A stretch of DNA of 42,004 nucleotides from Sulfurimonadaceae bacterium (GCA_041562555.1 JBFEXS010000004.1:1-42004), one strand, 5' to 3'. Counted from the first letter of the stretch, positions 19,945 through 29,574 are shown. Program-made: numbers and translations. The notes: generated from the sequence alone by a model not told the origin.

Positions 19945-20385
19945 ATGAGTTATCAAGAAGAACTTCAAGCTAGACTCGATGCCGTAAGGACTATAGGTGG
20001 GTCAGAGCGTGGGAAAAAAGTCAATACCAGTGATCTGGAGGACCAGCTTGTAAAGGAACTCGAGGATGAGTTTGAACTTTCCCAATACGATCTGGATGAG
20101 AGTGATATCCTCAGAGCAATTAAGATATCTAGCATCTTACAGGAGTATGGGAGCGTCTTTAAACAAAAAAATTCGCTTCGGGTTTTTTATGCCTTGGCCA
20201 AAACCGATGTCATCCATGCAAAAAACCTTTTTAGACTTTCCCAGCTGAGAAGTGATGACTTCAAACAGCTTGTCTCGAGTATGATCAGACATGAACTCAT
20301 CCATATGAACGATGAGAAGGAGTTCGAGATGAGTATGCTTGGACAAAGTCTTGCCGAACGTATCGGTGTGAACGTCTTTATTTAG
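19945..20385 (+). CDS. Hypothetical protein, possible C-terminal winged helix
   Basis: TATAAT and GAGG upstream; C-terminal MIRHELI...FEMSMLG..LAE pattern. Confidence 0.75.
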   Translation: MSYQEELQARLDAVRTIGGSERGKKVNTSDLEDQLVKELEDEFELSQYDLDESDILRAIKISSILQEYGSVFKQKNSLRVFYALAKTDVIHAKNLFRLSQLRSDDFKQLVSSMIRHELIHMNDEKEFEMSMLGQSLAERIGVNVFI

Positions 20386-20392
20386 GGAACAT

Positions 20393-20746
20393 ATGATTAT
20401 AGAACTCAATGACAACAATTATAATACTATTGTAAGTGAATGTGACAAAGCACTTTTTATCGACTTTTACTCTCCGACATGCGGACCCTGTCAGGAGGTC
20501 CTGGGCCAACTTCCGCATTTACAGGACTATTTCGAAGGTGAAGCGATTATTTCCAAGGTCGATGTGACGCAAAACCCGAAACTTGCCCAAAAATATGAAA
20601 TAGCCTCGGTACCCTTTTGTGTAGCCATCTCACCCAAGGATAAAATGATCAAGGACTATGAACTGGGAGCCGCGAGTATTGATAGGTATATCCGCATGAT
20701 TAAGAAATCCCAGGGAAAGGGATTTTTCCAAAGACTTTTTTCCTAA
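20393..20746 (+). CDS. Thioredoxin-family protein
   Basis: IDFYSPTCGPC, KVDV, KYEIASVP. Confidence 0.9.
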   Translation: MIIELNDNNYNTIVSECDKALFIDFYSPTCGPCQEVLGQLPHLQDYFEGEAIISKVDVTQNPKLAQKYEIASVPFCVAISPKDKMIKDYELGAASIDRYIRMIKKSQGKGFFQRLFS

Positions 20747-20858
20747 AAACCCCGTCTGTACCCTTGATGATTTGAATATCCTCCGGTTTTTTAGTACTAT
20801 ATAATACTATAGACTGCCTCAAACATCAAAAGACAAGTTCAGACAGAGAGGATCGACC

Positions 20859-22406
20859 ATGCAAATCATGAAATACCTTTACTCCTTTGTCGGTGTATTG
20901 CTGATTTTTACTGCTCTTTTCATTCCCGCATATAGTTTCTTTAAACATCAATATAGCGAAAAAGAGCAGTTCCATTTTGATGCTAAACTGGAAAATGCAA
21001 GTTTACAGTTCCATGCCGTCAAGAGTGCCTATAACTTATTGGCCCAAAGTGTATTTGACAATATCATCAACAAAGAGCATATAGTATCCCTGATCAAACG
21101 TGCAAATGCTGCAGATGACACAGAAAAAGTCCACTTACGGAATGAATTGTATACCGAACTCCTTCCCCTCTATGAAAACCTGAAACGTCAAAATGTCCGG
21201 CAATTCCATTTCCATCTTAAAAACAGTGTAAGTTTCCTGCGTTTTCATCGACCCGAAAAATACGGCGACTCCCTGGAGACCATACGTTACTCCATTGACA
21301 AAGTAAACCGTACCAAACGTGAGGCCTTTGGCTTTGAGGAGGGACGGATTTTTAACGGCTTCAGACATGTCTTTCCTCTTTTCTATGAAGAAAAATTTGC
21401 CGGTACAGTAGAAATGTCCTACTCTTTTAATGCGATTAAGATGGAAGAAGCCAAGCGCTATCCCGCCTATCACAGCTTTATGCTGAACAAACATATTGTC
21501 TTCGATAAAGTTTGGGAAGAGGAACGCGACAATTATATTTCAAGCGTACTATCTCCCGAGTATTTACATGACAAAGCTACCATAAACCAAAAAACCGAGA
21601 ACGGGTTTTCCCTTGCATTGATTGAACACATCAATGAAGCGATCGCAACAGAGTCCGCTGAAAGGGTAAAAAGCCAGGAATCCTTCATCCTTGATACGGA
21701 ACTCATGGGCGAACACTATATTGTCATCTTTATTCCTATCAATAATGTAGAGAAGAAACAGGTTGCTTACTATATCTCCTATGAAAAAGACCCCACCTTA
21801 AAGATCATGAAAAAGACCTGCAGACTGGAAATCATCATCTCAGCAATCGCCTCTCTTATTCTGGCAGTCTTGCTTGTGCTCTATGTACTTTCACAAAAGC
21901 GTACACACAAAGCCCTTGAACTTCTTGCCACTACTGATCCTTTGACCAATCTTGCCAATCGTAACAAACTCAATATTCTTTTGGAAAAAGCGATGCAATT
22001 CTCCATACGATACAAACTTCCTTTATCCGTCATCTTCTTTGACATCGATGACTTTAAAAAGATCAATGACAGCCAGGGACATGATGCAGGAGACACTGTT
22101 CTCATAACAGTCAGTAAGCTTATCTCGGAACAGCTCCGTTCTTCGGACATCTTTGCCAGATGGGGTGGTGAAGAGTTCATAATCCTGCTTCCTGAGACAC
22201 CACATAAAGATGCGAAGATGCTTGCAGAACGTTATCGCAAATTGATACAGCAATATAAATTCCTGCCGGACATCACCGTCACCTGTAGCTTCGGTGTGAC
22301 CCAATTACGTGATGACGATGATGAGAATTCCTTGCTCAAACGGGTAGACAATGCTCTGTATTCCGCCAAAAACCATGGGAAAAACATCGTTGTGGATGTC
22401 TCCTAG
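20859..22406 (+). CDS. Diguanylate cyclase with periplasmic Cache-like sensor
   Basis: Two TM segments, FLRFHRPEKYGD.L..R sensor motif, TDPLTNLANR, RSSD I-site, GGEEF. Confidence 0.93.
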   Translation: MQIMKYLYSFVGVLLIFTALFIPAYSFFKHQYSEKEQFHFDAKLENASLQFHAVKSAYNLLAQSVFDNIINKEHIVSLIKRANAADDTEKVHLRNELYTELLPLYENLKRQNVRQFHFHLKNSVSFLRFHRPEKYGDSLETIRYSIDKVNRTKREAFGFEEGRIFNGFRHVFPLFYEEKFAGTVEMSYSFNAIKMEEAKRYPAYHSFMLNKHIVFDKVWEEERDNYISSVLSPEYLHDKATINQKTENGFSLALIEHINEAIATESAERVKSQESFILDTELMGEHYIVIFIPINNVEKKQVAYYISYEKDPTLKIMKKTCRLEIIISAIASLILAVLLVLYVLSQKRTHKALELLATTDPLTNLANRNKLNILLEKAMQFSIRYKLPLSVIFFDIDDFKKINDSQGHDAGDTVLITVSKLISEQLRSSDIFARWGGEEFIILLPETPHKDAKMLAERYRKLIQQYKFLPDITVTCSFGVTQLRDDDDENSLLKRVDNALYSAKNHGKNIVVDVS

Positions 22407-22421
22407 TAAAGCTTTACTAGG
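22402..22421. repeat. Perfect 20-bp palindrome CCTAGTAAAGCTTTACTAGG
   Basis: Read directly. It overlaps the DGC stop codon and abuts the TATACT -10 (22423-22428) of cvfB. Confidence 0.85.
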
Positions 22422-22433
22422 TTATACTTTCAT

Positions 22434-23276
22434 ATGATAAACAAACACTTGGTTTTAGGGGAGATAAACACCCTCCGTATCGACAGGATCACTGAACCCG
22501 GAATCTACCTTATGGCAGAAGATGAAAAAGATGTCCTTTTGCCAAAGGCCTATATCAAAGAGGGAATGAATGTAGATGATGAACTGGATGTTTTCGTCTA
22601 TACCGATTCTGAAGATCGTATCATCTCAACCACTGAAACACCCAAGGCGATGCTCGGAGAATACGGTTTTTTTGAGGTAGTGGATGTCACCAACTTCGGT
22701 GCCTTTGTCAACTGGGGTTTGAAAAAAGACCTCTTTGTCCCAAGGACGCACCAAAAATCCAACTTCAAAGTAGGTGAATCCCGTATCTTATATATCAACT
22801 ACGATGATCAGACCCATCGGCTTATCGGATCTGAACGCCTTACTCAGCACCTCAAGTTCCATAAAAAAGTCCTCAAACCTAATGATGAAGTCTCTATCTT
22901 GGTCATGGCCAAGACGCCTATGGGTTATAAATGTATCGTCAATAACAGCTATGAGGGGATGATCTACGATACCGAGATCTTTGAACCGATCAAGATAGGT
23001 GACACGAAAAAAGCCTATTTAAAGGTCTCTCGTCCCGACGGGAAGCTTGATCTCTCTTTGCGAAAGATGGGAAGTAAAGGCTCAGATACCGACCAGGAAA
23101 AGATTCTCAATATGCTTGGAGAGAACAAGGGAAGACTCCCCTATAACTATAAAAGCGACCCCGATGATATCAAGAATATCTTTGGACTTAGCAAGAAAGC
23201 TTACAAACGTACCCTCACCGCCCTCATCGATGCAGGAAAGATCGAAGTCAAAGAGAACGGGATCTATCTAATCTAA
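22434..23276 (+). CDS. cvfB: CvfB/YitL-family S1 RNA-binding protein
   Basis: VFVYTDSEDR, FGAFVNWGLKKDLFVP, RPDGKLDLSL, FGLSKKAYKR.L..L winged helix. Confidence 0.9.
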   Translation: MINKHLVLGEINTLRIDRITEPGIYLMAEDEKDVLLPKAYIKEGMNVDDELDVFVYTDSEDRIISTTETPKAMLGEYGFFEVVDVTNFGAFVNWGLKKDLFVPRTHQKSNFKVGESRILYINYDDQTHRLIGSERLTQHLKFHKKVLKPNDEVSILVMAKTPMGYKCIVNNSYEGMIYDTEIFEPIKIGDTKKAYLKVSRPDGKLDLSLRKMGSKGSDTDQEKILNMLGENKGRLPYNYKSDPDDIKNIFGLSKKAYKRTLTALIDAGKIEVKENGIYLI

Positions 23277-24371
23277 GGTCTTGATTTTTTTGACCACCTG
23301 CTTAGCCAAAGACGGGAAGGTCGTCAGTTTTCCTCCATAAATATGTAAGACCCTACTCTCACCGATCTTATGCAGATCCAACTTATATTCCCGTGACATC
23401 TTTGTAGGGTCTTTGGCACTTTTGATAATGGGCCTTACCCCGATGAAGACCTCTTTGATATCCTTACGGGTTAGAGATCGTTTTAGATAACGGTTGCTTT
23501 TTTCCAAAAGATACTCGATATCCTCGTTATTCACCTTGACGTCGTCAATAGGCCTATCCTCGCTCCGCTCTGTTGTACCTATGAGTGTCGTATCTGCTTC
23601 AGGAATAATGAAAAAGATACGCTTGGAATCCGTCTCTAAAAAGAGCGGCTCAGGTACAAGTACCCGATCAATCACCAGATGTATCCCGCTTAGTTTTTCA
23701 ATGCGATATCGTGACGGAAGCTTAAAACGGGCATTCGTCTCATCTACCCACGCACCGGTAGCATTGATCAATAATGGTGCACTAAAGACGTCCCCATCCA
23801 AATCCACACGTACCTGTACCTCATCCACAATTAAAGAGCTGATCTCACGCTGTTCTAGTATCTCTACTCCAAGTTCTCTTGCTTCCGTGGCAATGGTTTG
23901 CGTCAGTGCCAGATCATCCGTTTTACCGTCATAATACCTAAAGACAGCCTTTAGATTCTCTCCCTTGATCTGTGCAAACATTTTTAAAAACCTGTCTCTG
24001 GACACCTCTTCGGCCTTCAACCCATGTCGTGCGAAAAAACTATACAACCACAAGCCCATGCGTATCATCCAAACAGGCCGGCTTGAACCTTCATACAAAG
24101 GCAGATAAAAAGGACGTAAGCGCACAAGTTCAGGATAGGTATCAAGAAGATATTTCTGATCATGCAACGCCTCTTTGACCAAAGCAAACTCAAAATGCTC
24201 CAAATAGCGCAAGCCCCCATGGATCAATCGCGATGAGTGCGATGAAGCCCCGGTGCCGATGAATCGCTTCTCAATCACTAATACCGACTTCCCCTCAAGT
24301 GCCAAAGCTCTCGCCGCAGCAAGCCCGTTGATACCCGCACCAAGGATGATGACATCATATGCTTCATTCAT
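23268..24371 (-). CDS. glpD: FAD-dependent glycerol-3-phosphate dehydrogenase/oxidase (short form)
   Basis: GAGING FAD motif, GASSHSSRLIHGGLRYLE, NATGAW, IGTT, GVRP, GGKLTT. Probable start is ATG 24371; the ORF track starts at 24395. Confidence 0.9.
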   Translation of the reverse strand: MNEAYDVIILGAGINGLAAARALALEGKSVLVIEKRFIGTGASSHSSRLIHGGLRYLEHFEFALVKEALHDQKYLLDTYPELVRLRPFYLPLYEGSSRPVWMIRMGLWLYSFFARHGLKAEEVSRDRFLKMFAQIKGENLKAVFRYYDGKTDDLALTQTIATEARELGVEILEQREISSLIVDEVQVRVDLDGDVFSAPLLINATGAWVDETNARFKLPSRYRIEKLSGIHLVIDRVLVPEPLFLETDSKRIFFIIPEADTTLIGTTERSEDRPIDDVKVNNEDIEYLLEKSNRYLKRSLTRKDIKEVFIGVRPIIKSAKDPTKMSREYKLDLHKIGESRVLHIYGGKLTTFPSLAKQVVKKIKTLD

Positions 24372-24410
24372 ACTGTATAATAACACAAAGTGCACCTATA
24401 AAGGGAAGAA

Positions 24411-25085
24411 ATGAAAATTATCGCCCACCGTGGATACAGTGAGAAGTATCCGGAGAACACTCTCTTAGCTTTTGAAAAAGCGCTTGCATGTGGTGTAGAC
24501 GGGATAGAGACCGATATACGTCTCAGTCTGGACCACATCCCTTTTGTCTTTCATGACAGCTCTCTTAAACGTCTCGCAGATATACCAAGAGCTCCTGAAG
24601 ACCTTAACCTTGCACAACTTCAAGCCTTGTCCCTCAACGAAGGTGAACATATCCCATCCCTTCAAGAACTGCTTGATCTGATACAGGGGAAAACGATGCT
24701 TATCCTCGAGATCAAATACAATCCCCTGACCTATAAACGACTCTGTGAAATCATTTGTATCATAATTTCTGACAAACTTTCATGGATTGAGGTCTCATGT
24801 TTTGATGACCATGTGCTGGAATATATACACGCGCTTAATCCCGCCATACGTCTGCATAAACTGATCGATGACCCTCTCTTGCTGGATGATGAAGACCTTG
24901 AAATACGATATGATTACACCAGCTATTTTGATATCGATGTCAAACTGAGACAATCCGTACGTAAACGGGGACTGTTCAATGGGCATAAGATCATCTATTG
25001 GACGGTGGACAGAGAGGATATCACCCAAGACAAAGAGGCAGGACTATACGCAATCATGACCAATAATCCGACACTGTTTATATGA
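24411..25085 (+). CDS. Glycerophosphodiester phosphodiesterase
   Basis: IAHRG...PENT..AF, ETD, HD, LEIK, WTVD, TNNP. Confidence 0.93.
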   Translation: MKIIAHRGYSEKYPENTLLAFEKALACGVDGIETDIRLSLDHIPFVFHDSSLKRLADIPRAPEDLNLAQLQALSLNEGEHIPSLQELLDLIQGKTMLILEIKYNPLTYKRLCEIICIIISDKLSWIEVSCFDDHVLEYIHALNPAIRLHKLIDDPLLLDDEDLEIRYDYTSYFDIDVKLRQSVRKRGLFNGHKIIYWTVDREDITQDKEAGLYAIMTNNPTLFI

Positions 25086-26008
25086 TCAGACAACAGTTTC
25101 GATCCTTCTATTTTCGGCATATGATCCATGACATCGAGAAGCTTATCGAGTACTTCTCTGTTTTTGGCGGTCTTGGATGGGAAATCGACATCGATAGACC
25201 CTTGGATGACCTTATCAGAAATGAGATTTTGGAAAACTTTGTTCATCTGCATAACCAGATCCTTACATTGACGACGGATGAGCCCCAATATATCAAGCTG
25301 CTTGTCAATCTTGCCCGGGGAGACCGACGTATATTCTCTGCTTTTAATAAAAGCGGGGTTAGCAACCTGTACGGTGGTTTGAGTCTCAAACATCTGCAAA
25401 ACACCGGTGTACTTGAAGCCGAGTACTCCCGTGAAGAGCCGCCTCGCAAAGAGGGTAAAAAGCTCAAACGTGAGATCGCCAGACATCGTATATCCCACAA
25501 GATGCGCTTTACCTCTCCGTTCTTGCGTTTTTGGTTCTATTTCATCGCTCCCATGCGCTACCACATCGAAGAAGGTAATTTTGACAAGGTCATCGAGAAC
25601 TTTGAAAAACATCATCAATCCTTCGTCGGCTACACCTTCGAAGAGTTGAGTAATGAGATGATGAAGCTCAAACTCTCCTCCTTGCATCTCATCGACAGCG
25701 GATCATATTGGGACAGACAAGTGGAGATCGATCTGATGGCGAACAATCTGGATGATGCGCTCATCGTCGGAGAATGTAAATGGAAGAACCATAAAATCAA
25801 TAAAAAAGAGCTCAATAAACTGCTGGAAAAATGTGAAAAAATACGTTTCGAACCGGATTATGTTGTGCTCTTTGCCAAACGGGGATTTTCAAAAGAACTC
25901 CTTAGCCTGCAAGATGACAAGCTCCGGCTCTACTCTTGCGAGGACTTTGAAGACCTGCTGCGTAATGTTTCGCAGGAGGACCTTATCCAGGGGTTTGATC
26001 GTCCCTGA
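25082..26008 (+). CDS. DUF234-domain protein (PD-(D/E)xK-like C-terminus, no N-terminal ATPase)
   Basis: F..PFLRFWF.FI.P, FEEL, GSYWD...EIDL...VGECKW. Confidence 0.85.
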   Translation: MIRQQFRSFYFRHMIHDIEKLIEYFSVFGGLGWEIDIDRPLDDLIRNEILENFVHLHNQILTLTTDEPQYIKLLVNLARGDRRIFSAFNKSGVSNLYGGLSLKHLQNTGVLEAEYSREEPPRKEGKKLKREIARHRISHKMRFTSPFLRFWFYFIAPMRYHIEEGNFDKVIENFEKHHQSFVGYTFEELSNEMMKLKLSSLHLIDSGSYWDRQVEIDLMANNLDDALIVGECKWKNHKINKKELNKLLEKCEKIRFEPDYVVLFAKRGFSKELLSLQDDKLRLYSCEDFEDLLRNVSQEDLIQGFDRP

Positions 26009-26598
26009 ATCTCTGTGATCCTATCATGCAGGTCACACTCTTTGGCATCAACCGGGTCTTGCTTATGCCACGTCAAATAATGCAACTGCTGTTTAGCTGA
26101 AAACCCCAAGCCATATTCGGCATTCATATAGAGATACACCCGTGCGATATTGCCTCGAGCATGAAGTGGTGGCTCCAGGCTCATTGTCTCATTTCCTTTG
26201 ACGATAGGCATGATATTGAAGATATCTCCATCATACTGCTTATAGAGCTTATCTGTCGTACGACAGCATCGTGACCCTTTGAATTTACTTCCATCATAAC
26301 GCGTGCAGATATTTTCTACTCCACACCTTCGTCGTTTCAATACTACTTCTTCAGGGACGATACGAATGAAGACGACCTTTTGTTTATGATCCTCTTGAAG
26401 ATAAAACTTATCCAGACAACTCCGTGGGTCATAGGCATATTTCTCATTGGTAAACATCGTACGTGTATAGTCAAAATCAAGTTTTTTAAAGACGTTGAAC
26501 GCCTGTGAGAAGTTCTTAGGGTTTTTATAAGGACTTGCTGAGCATGCAAGACAAGAAGAGAGCAGAAGAAATGCTCCCGTTAATGCTTTAAGAGACAA
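25930..26598 (-). CDS. Endonuclease I (EndA/Dns)-like exported protein, catalytic motif degenerate
   Basis: EPP..ARGNIARVYLYM...Y, W...DPVD..EC..H..I..IQG..NPWI. Probable TTG start at 26598 followed by a signal peptide. Confidence 0.8.
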   Translation of the reverse strand: MSLKALTGAFLLLSSCLACSASPYKNPKNFSQAFNVFKKLDFDYTRTMFTNEKYAYDPRSCLDKFYLQEDHKQKVVFIRIVPEEVVLKRRRCGVENICTRYDGSKFKGSRCCRTTDKLYKQYDGDIFNIMPIVKGNETMSLEPPLHARGNIARVYLYMNAEYGLGFSAKQQLHYLTWHKQDPVDAKECDLHDRITEIQGRSNPWIRSSCETLRSRSSKSSQE

Positions 26599-27388
26599 TG
26601 CGAAGTGCCTGATACGCTTCTTGCAGCAGTTGAAACTTCTGCGTATAGTGATTAACGGTGTCTTCGTTCTCACAATGCACCCTATCAGGATGATAGACCT
26701 TCACAAGTTTCTTATAACTGCGTTTCAATGCATCCTGGCTTGATCCTACCGGGCACTCCAAGACGGTATAATAATGTAACATCTCATCGATCTCATCATC
26801 GGTATGGTCTTCGTAAACAAACTCTCCATACTCGGAATACAGGTTTTGCATGAAATAAGCATCATAGGTATACTGTATCTCATAATGCAGTATATGTCGT
26901 TTGTTCAATGCCCGTTCAAGACGACTTTTTGCCTTGTTGTCCGGTAACTCCAAGAAAAGGTTCATCAGTCCCTCTTGGATCACATACAGATCAAGCTGAG
27001 ATTTAAGATAAGACATGACCCAACGGTTTGGATAATTAAGTTTTACATGGACTTCTGAGGATGAACGTGCTTGCAGACGTACTTCGATACGTTCTGCTTG
27101 TTCTTTCTCTTGTAATTCAATCTTGATCGGATACTTCATATACCGCATCACTGAACGGAAATAAAAGTCGCTGTCCGTCTCTTGATCTTTTGTGTAGTAC
27201 ATGCATAAAGCATGGATAAACTCCTCTTTTTGATCCCACAAAGCCGAGTTTGAAAAAACGAGTACCGACTTGGGTAAGAATAGCATATCCTGGGAATGGG
27301 AGTTTAAAAAGTCATCCATCCACGAAGACTTCAATGTGTCAAAGTCAGTGCGAACAACGATCATATTGTTTTGTAATACAATTTCCAT
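26588..27388 (-). CDS. Protein with C-terminal DnaJ (J) domain
   Basis: YYTVL...LKRSYKKLVKVYHPD...F..LQEAY..L; AAGGAG RBS. Confidence 0.9.
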   Translation of the reverse strand: MEIVLQNNMIVVRTDFDTLKSSWMDDFLNSHSQDMLFLPKSVLVFSNSALWDQKEEFIHALCMYYTKDQETDSDFYFRSVMRYMKYPIKIELQEKEQAERIEVRLQARSSSEVHVKLNYPNRWVMSYLKSQLDLYVIQEGLMNLFLELPDNKAKSRLERALNKRHILHYEIQYTYDAYFMQNLYSEYGEFVYEDHTDDEIDEMLHYYTVLECPVGSSQDALKRSYKKLVKVYHPDRVHCENEDTVNHYTQKFQLLQEAYQALRIVS

Positions 27389-27413
27389 ACGCGCTCCTTA
27401 TTTCCCACTGACT

Positions 27414-27429
27414 AGCAAATAAGGTTCCA
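27414..27429 (-). promoter_or_regulatory. Sigma-54 (-24/-12) promoter
   Basis: Minus strand reads TGGAAC-CTTAT-TTGCT, the exact GG-N10-GC spacing, 25 nt upstream of the J-domain gene ATG. Confidence 0.75.
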
Positions 27430-27440
27430 GCTTATAAAAC

Positions 27441-28292
27441 CTACGACTGAGCTGTCAGTGTACCGTAGCACTCCGGGCGTCTATCCTTGAACAATCCCCA
27501 GTATTCTCTTTGTGTCCTGATCATATCAAAGTCATACTCGGCATACAAAATCTCTTCTTTGTCCCGTGAGGCTTCCGCTATCTTCTTGCCGGTATAATCC
27601 GTCATAAAAGATGAACCGTAAAAGGTAAGTGTGCAACTGGCACCTTTCTCTTCCCCTATACGGTTTGCGGCAATAACCGGGACAGTATTCGCCGCAGAGT
27701 GCCCCATCTGTACTCGCTGCCAATGATCTTTGGAGTCCACACCAATTTCAGGTTCAGAACCTATCGCTGTCGGGTAAAAGATCAACTCAGCCCCCATCAA
27801 TGCCAGCGAGCGTGCTGTTTCCGGAAACCATTGATCCCAGCATATCCCCGCACCGATCCTTCCATACGCCGTATCCCAGACTTTAAAGCCGGTATCTCCC
27901 GGGGTAAAATAGTACTTCTCTTCATACCCAGGCCCGTCAGGAATATGTGTCTTACGATAATTATCCAGGATCGTACCATCTGCATCGATCACTACAAGAG
28001 AGTTAAAGAACCTTTCCTCTGATTTTTCAAAATAACTTATCAACGCAACGACTTCATACTCTTTACACAGCGAAGAGAACTGTTCCAAAAGAGGATGTCC
28101 CTCTTTTTCTTTGGCCCACGAAAAATATGACTCATCCATATCTTTACAAAAATAGAGTCCTTCAAAAAGTTCCGGAAGCAAAATGATTTGGGCACCTTCT
28201 AAAGCAGCTTCTTTAAAAAGGGCCTGGGCTTTAATATGATTTTCTTGATGATTTGGAGACATCTGCATTTGAATGGCTGCGATTTTTGGCAT
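27441..28292 (-). CDS. aguB: N-carbamoylputrescine amidase
   Basis: Nitrilase triad motifs: PELF, YRKTHIPDGPGYEEKYYF.PGD, ICWDQWFPE; also YPTAIGSEP. Confidence 0.93.
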   Translation of the reverse strand: MPKIAAIQMQMSPNHQENHIKAQALFKEAALEGAQIILLPELFEGLYFCKDMDESYFSWAKEKEGHPLLEQFSSLCKEYEVVALISYFEKSEERFFNSLVVIDADGTILDNYRKTHIPDGPGYEEKYYFTPGDTGFKVWDTAYGRIGAGICWDQWFPETARSLALMGAELIFYPTAIGSEPEIGVDSKDHWQRVQMGHSAANTVPVIAANRIGEEKGASCTLTFYGSSFMTDYTGKKIAEASRDKEEILYAEYDFDMIRTQREYWGLFKDRRPECYGTLTAQS

Positions 28293-28359
28293 ACATTTTC
28301 CTTAAAGGTTTTAAAGAAAAATTATAGCAAGAGTCTTTGATAAATTAGTTTAGAAGAAG

Positions 28360-28383
28360 ACTCCCAACAAGATTGTTGGAAGT
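28360..28383 (-). terminator. Intrinsic terminator after the beta-barrel gene
   Basis: Minus strand ACTTCCAACA-atct-TGTTGGGAGT stem followed by CTTCTT, 16 nt after the stop. Confidence 0.65.
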
Positions 28384-28399
28384 TAATTTGTTATTAGGT

Positions 28400-29503
28400 T
28401 TAGAATACGTAGTTTGCTGAAAGGCTGTAAAATGTAGCATCTTCATCAATACCTGCAGCACCACTACCGTCAACACCCTCTATATTACGTTTTTCAATTG
28501 CAACTTCAAAATTCCATTCGTCAACTGTCAATCCAGCACCAGCTGTCAACCCGTTCGATTCAAGAGCATTATACCCAGTAGATTCATCTGTACTCCCTGT
28601 ATAGTAACCTGCTCTTACTTGAAATTGTTCAAATCCAAGTTCTACACCTAATGAGTGTGTAGTTACATCCGGGAGCGGATTAAGAGTTGTATATATATTT
28701 CCATCTGGTTCTGGTGTAGTTGCAGACTCATATCCGGTCTCTTTATAATCATATGCTACAACAACATTGGCAAACTCTGTAGGAATACTAGCAGCAAGTC
28801 CGATTGCTGTCTCTTCTGGAATATCCCATGGAACTACATCCACCGTAGCAAAAGCTCTCGGCTGATAATCAGTTTCTGCTCTGTAGTTAAAACCAAAGTC
28901 TAAGTTGAACTCATCTGATTGATACAAACGCGCTTTTAAAGCAATCGACCATAAAACACTATCTGCATCAGCTTGGTCAGGGTCAACTTCTGAAGACCAA
29001 AAATCATACGTCCACGCATACCCTAAAGTAGCACCAACACTGATCTTACCCCCACTTGGATAAAGTGAGTCTGTTAATTTCAAAGCTCCTGCAAATGCAA
29101 AGATTTTATTCTCTTGCTCAATCATAGTGAGCGTACCTGTATTATATGGATTATTGTTAGAGTATAAAGAATAGCTACCTACTCCAAAACCCACTTCCTG
29201 ACCAAAGTGTGTTACTCCCCAGAAGTAGTTGGTATAATCATTCATATAATCATCACCACCCCAGATCTTTTCAACATCACCTACCATACCAGTACCGATC
29301 TCTGCAGTAAAAGCGTTAAACTCTTCTTGTCCCTCTTCCCAAACGATCAATCCCGCCGGATTAAAATAAATAGCTGAGTTATTGTTAGCTACCGCAGTAA
29401 AAGCACCACCCATCCCTCTTGCTTTTGTTCCTGGTGCAGTACCATATGGATCTGCCATCAATGCTGTACATAGACCTGCCGCTAGAATTATTCCTTTTTT
29501 CAT
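28400..29503 (-). CDS. Outer-membrane beta-barrel, FadL/PorV/UPF0164-like
   Basis: Signal peptide, G.KARGMGGAFTAVA....AIYFNPAGL plug motif, alternating beta strands, C-terminal beta-signal LSANYVF. Confidence 0.85.
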   Translation of the reverse strand: MKKGIILAAGLCTALMADPYGTAPGTKARGMGGAFTAVANNNSAIYFNPAGLIVWEEGQEEFNAFTAEIGTGMVGDVEKIWGGDDYMNDYTNYFWGVTHFGQEVGFGVGSYSLYSNNNPYNTGTLTMIEQENKIFAFAGALKLTDSLYPSGGKISVGATLGYAWTYDFWSSEVDPDQADADSVLWSIALKARLYQSDEFNLDFGFNYRAETDYQPRAFATVDVVPWDIPEETAIGLAASIPTEFANVVVAYDYKETGYESATTPEPDGNIYTTLNPLPDVTTHSLGVELGFEQFQVRAGYYTGSTDESTGYNALESNGLTAGAGLTVDEWNFEVAIEKRNIEGVDGSGAAGIDEDATFYSLSANYVF

Positions 29504-29574
29504 GTATACTCCCTGTATATATTAGATTTAGTTTAGTTTATTAGAAAATTCTTTACACTAAACTGAAACCCAAA

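Noticed and set aside
25082..26008. DUF234 plus EndA-like gene as an anti-phage defence system
   Set aside because: The DUF234 protein lacks the ATPase, is coupled to a housekeeping GDPD gene and is convergent with the EndA-like gene, with no defence-island context.
26599..26673. Longer N-terminus of the EndA-like ORF
   Set aside because: It overlaps the J-domain coding region, and the signal peptide fits a start near 26598.
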